64,000 bases of DNA. Source: Patescibacteria group bacterium (GTDB lineage Bacteria > Patescibacteriota > Patescibacteriia > Magasanikbacterales > JBBTQS01). The stretch covers positions 26,399 through 90,398 of the forward strand of contig JBBTQS010000002.1 in the NCBI GenBank assembly GCA_038065555.1, written 5' to 3'. This document shows positions 59,210-64,000 of this stretch, piece by piece (positions within the stretch are counted from its first letter, which is position 1; each line of letters starts with the position of its first letter). A model generated the notes under the pieces. The model was given only the letters and a program-made list of their open reading frames with translations, had not been told where the DNA came from and searched no databases. The position numbers and the translations under genes are program-made.

Positions 59210-60949
59210 ATGGCACTCTTCTTGCATTTGCGCGAAACACTTGCGGACGCAATAGCTGCAGCAACCGAGCACATGGCAATTGCGCCTACAGAAATCATGC
59301 GCCCACCCAAGCCAGAGATGGGTGATTTTGCGTGGGGAGCTTTTGCAGTTGCAAAGGAGCGCAAGCAAAGTCCTGCACAAGTTGCACAAGACGTTGCGGC
59401 ACAGCTCTCGACTGCGCAGTTGCGTCTGGTGGAGCGTGTCGAAGCCGCAGGTCCATATGTGAATTTCACACTCAACACCGATGCGCTCATGCGCGAGCTC
59501 TTCGCAGAGATCGATCGCAGTAATGGACGGTTCGGATGTCTGGGCGCTGACACTGGCGAGAAGATTATCTTTGAATATTCTGGTCTCAACACGCACAAGG
59601 AGGTGCACATTGGCCATTTGCGCAATCACGCGCTTGGCGCGGCGCTCGTCTCGATTTGGCGCAGCCAGGGACACGAAGTACATCCAGTGAACTTCACCAA
59701 TGACATGGGCGCGCATGTGGCGAAATGCCTCTGGTGGCTCATGAAGAAATACGACGGCAAACTTCCAGAAACAGATCCCGTGAAGCGCATGGAAGCACTT
59801 GCTGATGTATATGTAGAAGCGTCAAAGGCGTTTGCAGATGCAGAAGAATCAGGAGACACGGCACCACGACAGGAAGTATCTCGTATTTTGCTCGCCATCG
59901 AAGAAGACGCAGCATCACCCGAAGCAGCGCTCTGGAAGGAGACGCGTCAGTGGAGCTTGGATGGATTTGTCGCTGTGTACAAAGAATCTGATATTGAGTT
60001 CGAACATTGGTTCCTCGAGTCTGATGTGAAGATGAACGGCAAGAAGCGTGTGATGGAAATGCTCGACAAAGGAATTGCGCAGCATTCACAAGGTGCGATT
60101 ATTGCCGATCTCACCACACCAGAGAATCTCGATATCATGCTGTTGCTCAAGTCTGATGGAACAGGACTGTACGCAACCACGGATATTGCGCTCATGGATG
60201 CGAAGTTCGCGGTTTTCCCAGAGGCGACGAAGTGTGTTGTGCTCACAGACATGCGTCAGGCACATCACTTTGCGCAACTTTTTGCCTTGCTGCGCCGCGA
60301 TGGTGCGACGCAGGGATTTGGGCACATTGGGTATGAGTTGGTGACAACACCTGAGGGAATGATGAGTTCGCGCAAGGGGACGATCGTGCGCTATCGCGAT
60401 ATGCGCGATGCGCTCATTGAGCGCTCGAGTACTGAATTGCGTGAGCGTCATCCAGAGTGGCCAGCAGAGCAGGTGGCACAGACTGCGCGCGCAGTTGCAT
60501 TTGGCGCGATGAAATTCACGATGCTGACGGTGAGCAGTCACCAGAAGATTGTGTTCGATATGGCTGCAGCGTTGTCGCTCACTGGAATGAGTGCACTCTA
60601 TCTCCAGTATTCATACGCACGCATCCGCACATTACTTACGCGCGTGAATAATGCGAAAGGTGAGATTGCAACAACACCTCTCACACATCCTACGGAGCGC
60701 GCACTCTTGCTGCATCTCTTGTGGTTTGCAGACGCACTCGCGATGGCGTCTGCAGAGAATGATCCATCAGTGCTCGCACGGTATCTCTATGAACTCTGTC
60801 AGAAGATGAGCACGTGTTACGAGGTGTGTCGTGTGATTGAAGAGGATGGAACCGTGCAGCAGTGGCGCGCGAGTTTGCATGCGCACACAGGTGAGGTGTT
60901 GGCACAAGGTTTGCAGATGTTGGGAATTCCAGTAGTAAACGCCTTATAA
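59210..60949 (+). CDS. argS: Arginyl-tRNA synthetase
   Basis: GPYVNF, EYS..N..HIGHLRN, KSDGTGLY, MSSRKG, YLQYSYAR. Confidence 0.96.
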   Translation: MALFLHLRETLADAIAAATEHMAIAPTEIMRPPKPEMGDFAWGAFAVAKERKQSPAQVAQDVAAQLSTAQLRLVERVEAAGPYVNFTLNTDALMRELFAEIDRSNGRFGCLGADTGEKIIFEYSGLNTHKEVHIGHLRNHALGAALVSIWRSQGHEVHPVNFTNDMGAHVAKCLWWLMKKYDGKLPETDPVKRMEALADVYVEASKAFADAEESGDTAPRQEVSRILLAIEEDAASPEAALWKETRQWSLDGFVAVYKESDIEFEHWFLESDVKMNGKKRVMEMLDKGIAQHSQGAIIADLTTPENLDIMLLLKSDGTGLYATTDIALMDAKFAVFPEATKCVVLTDMRQAHHFAQLFALLRRDGATQGFGHIGYELVTTPEGMMSSRKGTIVRYRDMRDALIERSSTELRERHPEWPAEQVAQTARAVAFGAMKFTMLTVSSHQKIVFDMAAALSLTGMSALYLQYSYARIRTLLTRVNNAKGEIATTPLTHPTERALLLHLLWFADALAMASAENDPSVLARYLYELCQKMSTCYEVCRVIEEDGTVQQWRASLHAHTGEVLAQGLQMLGIPVVNAL

Positions 60950-61002
60950 CTAGACGCGCGGACGTTCCAGCGCTATCATGAGGATACGATCACACACTTT
61001 TT

Positions 61003-61494
61003 ATGTTCAAATCACGATATACAGAATACGAAGACCAAGATGAGACGTCAGCAGCCAGCGCAGCACCAACCGGAGTATCTGCAGCTGATGATACAGTAGA
61101 GACTATTGTTGGACCGTCAGTAGAAGTAGAAGGTGATTTCAACAGCAAGGGGAACATGGTGGTGCAAGGAACTGTTGCGGGTAATGTTCGTACCGAGAAG
61201 AATTTGCGCGTAGAGCGTGGTGCGCGCATCCTCGCCAACGTCTTTGCACAGAATGCAAAAATCTCCGGCGAAATTCGTGGCAATATCAAAGCATCTGACA
61301 CGCTCGAGCTCACCCCAACTGCTGTGGTAGTGGGGGACGTCGAAGCATCAACACTTATCATCGCAGCAGGCGCAATCTTGCACGGCAAGTGTATGATGCC
61401 AGGGTCACACGTGACCGATGCAAAAGCGTCCACCAAATCTTCGCGCGCTCGTACGCGTCAGACAGGGGACGTGGACGCAGAAGCTGCGGCATAG
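61003..61494 (+). CDS. Bactofilin (polymer-forming cytoskeletal protein)
   Basis: TIVGPSVEVEGDF..G.V.GNV..I.G.I.GNI..V.GDV..GAILHGKC beta-helix pattern. Confidence 0.9.
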   Translation: MFKSRYTEYEDQDETSAASAAPTGVSAADDTVETIVGPSVEVEGDFNSKGNMVVQGTVAGNVRTEKNLRVERGARILANVFAQNAKISGEIRGNIKASDTLELTPTAVVVGDVEASTLIIAAGAILHGKCMMPGSHVTDAKASTKSSRARTRQTGDVDAEAAA

Positions 61495-61529
61495 GCCACA
61501 GCACGTGATTTCTTAATTCTCAGGCGCGT

Positions 61530-62297
61530 ATGCACGTGTATCTGTACGACGCCTTTGTGCGCACAGGGCCCTACGCACGTGTCATGAAGACGATCGAGAA
61601 TCGTCTCACTGACTTGGAGCTCTCGGGCAAGATGATCAAGCTCGCGGCGTTTAGTAATCCGCGCAGCATGCTCCTCGATGAACTTCGCAGTGGTGCCAAG
61701 ACTGCGATTGTTATTGGTGACGAAAATACATTCGGACGTGTACTTACTAAGTGCGCGGACGTAGAGATGGTGTTCGGGTGGATTCCGATTGGTCGAGATG
61801 TGTCGACTCGCGAACAACTCGATGTGCCCTATGGCGAAGAATCCTGCCGCACGATCGCAGCGCGTCGTGTGATTGAGTTGCCTGTGCTCAAGGTGAATGA
61901 TCGATATGCGATCGCTCTTGCGCACGTCCCTATGACACGCGTGTGGATCTCGGTAGACGGCAAATATGCACTTGGTCCGATGGGTGAGTCCATGGAAGTG
62001 GCTATCTGTAATTTGCGCTCACTTCCTTGGTGCGAAGAGGCGCATGCACAATTCATGAACCAGGAGGATCTGTACGTACACATTCGTCCACTTGCGGCAG
62101 GCAAGCAATCCCGCTGGCGTCCACAGTATGCACCCTTGACGTCGTTGCCGTTTTCCCGTATGACTATGTATGGAAAGGCGCCCTTCGAGCTGTTCCTGGA
62201 TGGCCAGCGCAGCAAGGAGACCCGCGTCACCATTGAGCGTGCCGCGCATTCAATCCGAATCATCGCTGGCAAAAATCGCGTACGTGTGGCATCATAG
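61530..62297 (+). CDS. Diacylglycerol-kinase-fold-like hypothetical protein
   Basis: AIVIGDENT, GWIPIG, C..IAARR pattern; canonical GGDG motif absent. Confidence 0.55.
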   Translation: MHVYLYDAFVRTGPYARVMKTIENRLTDLELSGKMIKLAAFSNPRSMLLDELRSGAKTAIVIGDENTFGRVLTKCADVEMVFGWIPIGRDVSTREQLDVPYGEESCRTIAARRVIELPVLKVNDRYAIALAHVPMTRVWISVDGKYALGPMGESMEVAICNLRSLPWCEEAHAQFMNQEDLYVHIRPLAAGKQSRWRPQYAPLTSLPFSRMTMYGKAPFELFLDGQRSKETRVTIERAAHSIRIIAGKNRVRVAS

Positions 62298-62337
62298 TGT
62301 CCACATGCCGCACGCGGCCCTAGGCCGCATCCCTCAT

Positions 62338-62421
62338 GCTGAGGTGGCGAAATTGGTAGACGCACTACCTTGAGGTGGTAGCTCCCGCAAGGGAATGGAG
62401 GTTCGAGTCCTCTCCTCAGCA
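62338..62421 (+). tRNA. tRNA-Leu(GAG)
   Basis: GCTGAGG/CCTCAGC acceptor, anticodon arm CTACC-TTGAGGT-GGTAG, variable arm TCCC-GCAA-GGGA. Confidence 0.95.
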
Positions 62422-62485
62422 CAGACAAAAATAAAAGATTCCTGGAGTACAACGTTGGTCCCCAGGAATCTTTTATTTTTGTCTG
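62422..62485 (+). repeat. Minimal family-1 palindromic element abutting tRNA-Leu
   Basis: Perfect 24-bp arms; centre GGAGTACAAC-GTTGGTCCCC matches the two core ends of copy B joined together. Confidence 0.75.
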
Positions 62486-62617
62486 AATCTGTGCACAGTG
62501 CTTTAGCTTGACGTGCGCCTTGTTTTCAGATATTGTACAGTGTTCGTGGAAACGAACTGAGGCGCATTCGCTCCTTAGTCGTAGCCCGAATCACCAGTGC
62601 CACAGGGGGGAAGTGCC

Positions 62618-64000
62618 ATGGGGAACACCTATTCGTTGAACCAGGTTGTTCCTGGTCACTGCATCGACGATCGATACGAGATCATCGATACGTTGGGTAG
62701 TGGTGGGATGAGTGTCGTACATCGCGCTCGCCATCTGGTTCTGGATCGCATAGTCGCGATCAAGTTCATTCGCAAGGATTTGCTTGGTCCAGAGAACGCT
62801 GAACACGGGTTCGCTGAGCGATTCAAGCAAGAAGGTCGCGCGATGGCGAAAGTCAGGCATCCCAACAGCATCGCGATCTACGATCTGGGTGAGTTGGGGA
62901 ACGGAACACAGTACATGGTCATGGAGTACTTCCAAGGCGTGACACTGGGTGATGTTCTCGACAAGTCGGAAAATGGTGCGATCGATCAACTCTATGCGCT
63001 TGATATTACGCACCAGCTCTTGCAAGCGCTCGCTGCAGTGCATAGCGCAGGGATCACGCACTACGACATCAAGCCGCCCAACATCATGATCGGCAAAGAT
63101 GCTGACGGTGGACTTCATGTCAAGTTGCTCGATTTCGGCATCGCAAAGATCCGATCGCCTGACACAAGTGGGAACACTCGAGAGAGTGCAGATGATGGAA
63201 GACGTCTTCGCATCGTACCACCTGGGCGAAAGGAGGTCTTCCAGACTGCAGCGTTTGCCATTTTGGGAACGCCGGACTACATGGCGCCCGAAGCAACGGC
63301 TGGACTCCGGGTTTCTACGTCCTCTGACATCTACTCGCTCGGAGCCGTGCTCTTCGAGATGCTCACGGGGCGTACGCCGTACCTTCCTTCGGAGGAGGCA
63401 CGAGAGGCAGGTCCACAGGCAGTGGCATTGGACCACTTCGTGCAGCATCGTACTTCGCCAGTCCCTAACGCCGCTACCATCGATCCGTCGTTGGATTCTG
63501 CGCTGGTTGATCTGGTGCAGATCATGATGGCAAAGGCGCCAGATGAGAGACTGACTGCAGCCGAACTTCTTCCGATGGTCGATGGCATCAGAGATCGACT
63601 CCGACGTCAGCGTGAGCAACCGTCGGTGGGAGGGCGCATTCGCAGTGCGACGGTGGCCTTTGTCGGGAAGGTGCAGGATCTGGATCGAGCGCTCGCGGAA
63701 CAAGTCGTCGCAAATCGGATTGCTGCATCGGACACAGGTTCGCTGGGGCAAGAGGCGGATGACGATGTCAAACCTCCAACGTTCATGGAACGCTGGGGGC
63801 CGTGGGTTCGAGAAAAGATCACACAGTGGGCGCAACGCTGGCGACTGTTGCTGGCGATGGTGGGAGCGGTCTTGCTGGCTGGAACTTGTGGATACTTGTA
63901 CAAGTACTTCACACAGCACGAGACCATCTCTCCAGAGGACGAAGTGATTTCGGACGGGGAGCGTACAGTGCCCCAAGCCGAACCAATTCGCATCGCGACT
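62618..64000 (+). CDS. Hanks-type Ser/Thr protein kinase with TM helix, 3'-truncated (absent from ORF track)
   Basis: Translated by hand: LGSGGMSVV, VAIK, RFKQE, HPN, HYDIKPPN, KLLDFGIAK, GTPDYMAPE, SDIYSLG; TM near 63845-63910; promoter TTGACG(62508)-17-TATTGT. Confidence 0.92.
   Translation, partial: MGNTYSLNQVVPGHCIDDRYEIIDTLGSGGMSVVHRARHLVLDRIVAIKFIRKDLLGPENAEHGFAERFKQEGRAMAKVRHPNSIAIYDLGELGNGTQYMVMEYFQGVTLGDVLDKSENGAIDQLYALDITHQLLQALAAVHSAGITHYDIKPPNIMIGKDADGGLHVKLLDFGIAKIRSPDTSGNTRESADDGRRLRIVPPGRKEVFQTAAFAILGTPDYMAPEATAGLRVSTSSDIYSLGAVLFEMLTGRTPYLPSEEAREAGPQAVALDHFVQHRTSPVPNAATIDPSLDSALVDLVQIMMAKAPDERLTAAELLPMVDGIRDRLRRQREQPSVGGRIRSATVAFVGKVQDLDRALAEQVVANRIAASDTGSLGQEADDDVKPPTFMERWGPWVREKITQWAQRWRLLLAMVGAVLLAGTCGYLYKYFTQHETISPEDEVISDGERTVPQAEPIRIAT

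Noticed and set aside
62591-63976. 461-aa minus-strand ORF
   Set aside because: Antisense shadow of the + strand kinase

Overview
64 kb of a compact bacterial chromosome whose gene set points to Patescibacteria/CPR (inferred from a VirB2-like pilin, DUF4012, type-2 IleRS, SD-poor core genes and tRNA-Ile(UAU)). Housekeeping genes: six aminoacyl-tRNA synthetases (thrS, ileS, trpS, valS, tyrS, argS), miaA, pepA, ruvA, uvrA, rnj, secG, rplS, cmk, a RluA-family synthase, rpe/rpiB, RNase P RNA and four tRNAs. Also present: a csoR-copA copper operon, a surface-glycan cluster, a DsbA paired with a giant Cys-rich pilin-like protein, and several solo accessory genes with their own promoter, SD and terminator, including a Ser/Thr kinase the ORF track missed. 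The most unusual signal is non-coding: two families of intergenic elements with a conserved core or loop, enclosed by 24-28 bp inverted arms that differ at every site. In four copies the arms continue outward as decayed mirror images of neighbouring host sequence, suggesting an undescribed palindrome-generating mobile or structured element. No transposase, integrase, RT or CRISPR is visible in the window. All calls come from motif reading and hand alignment; no database searches were run.
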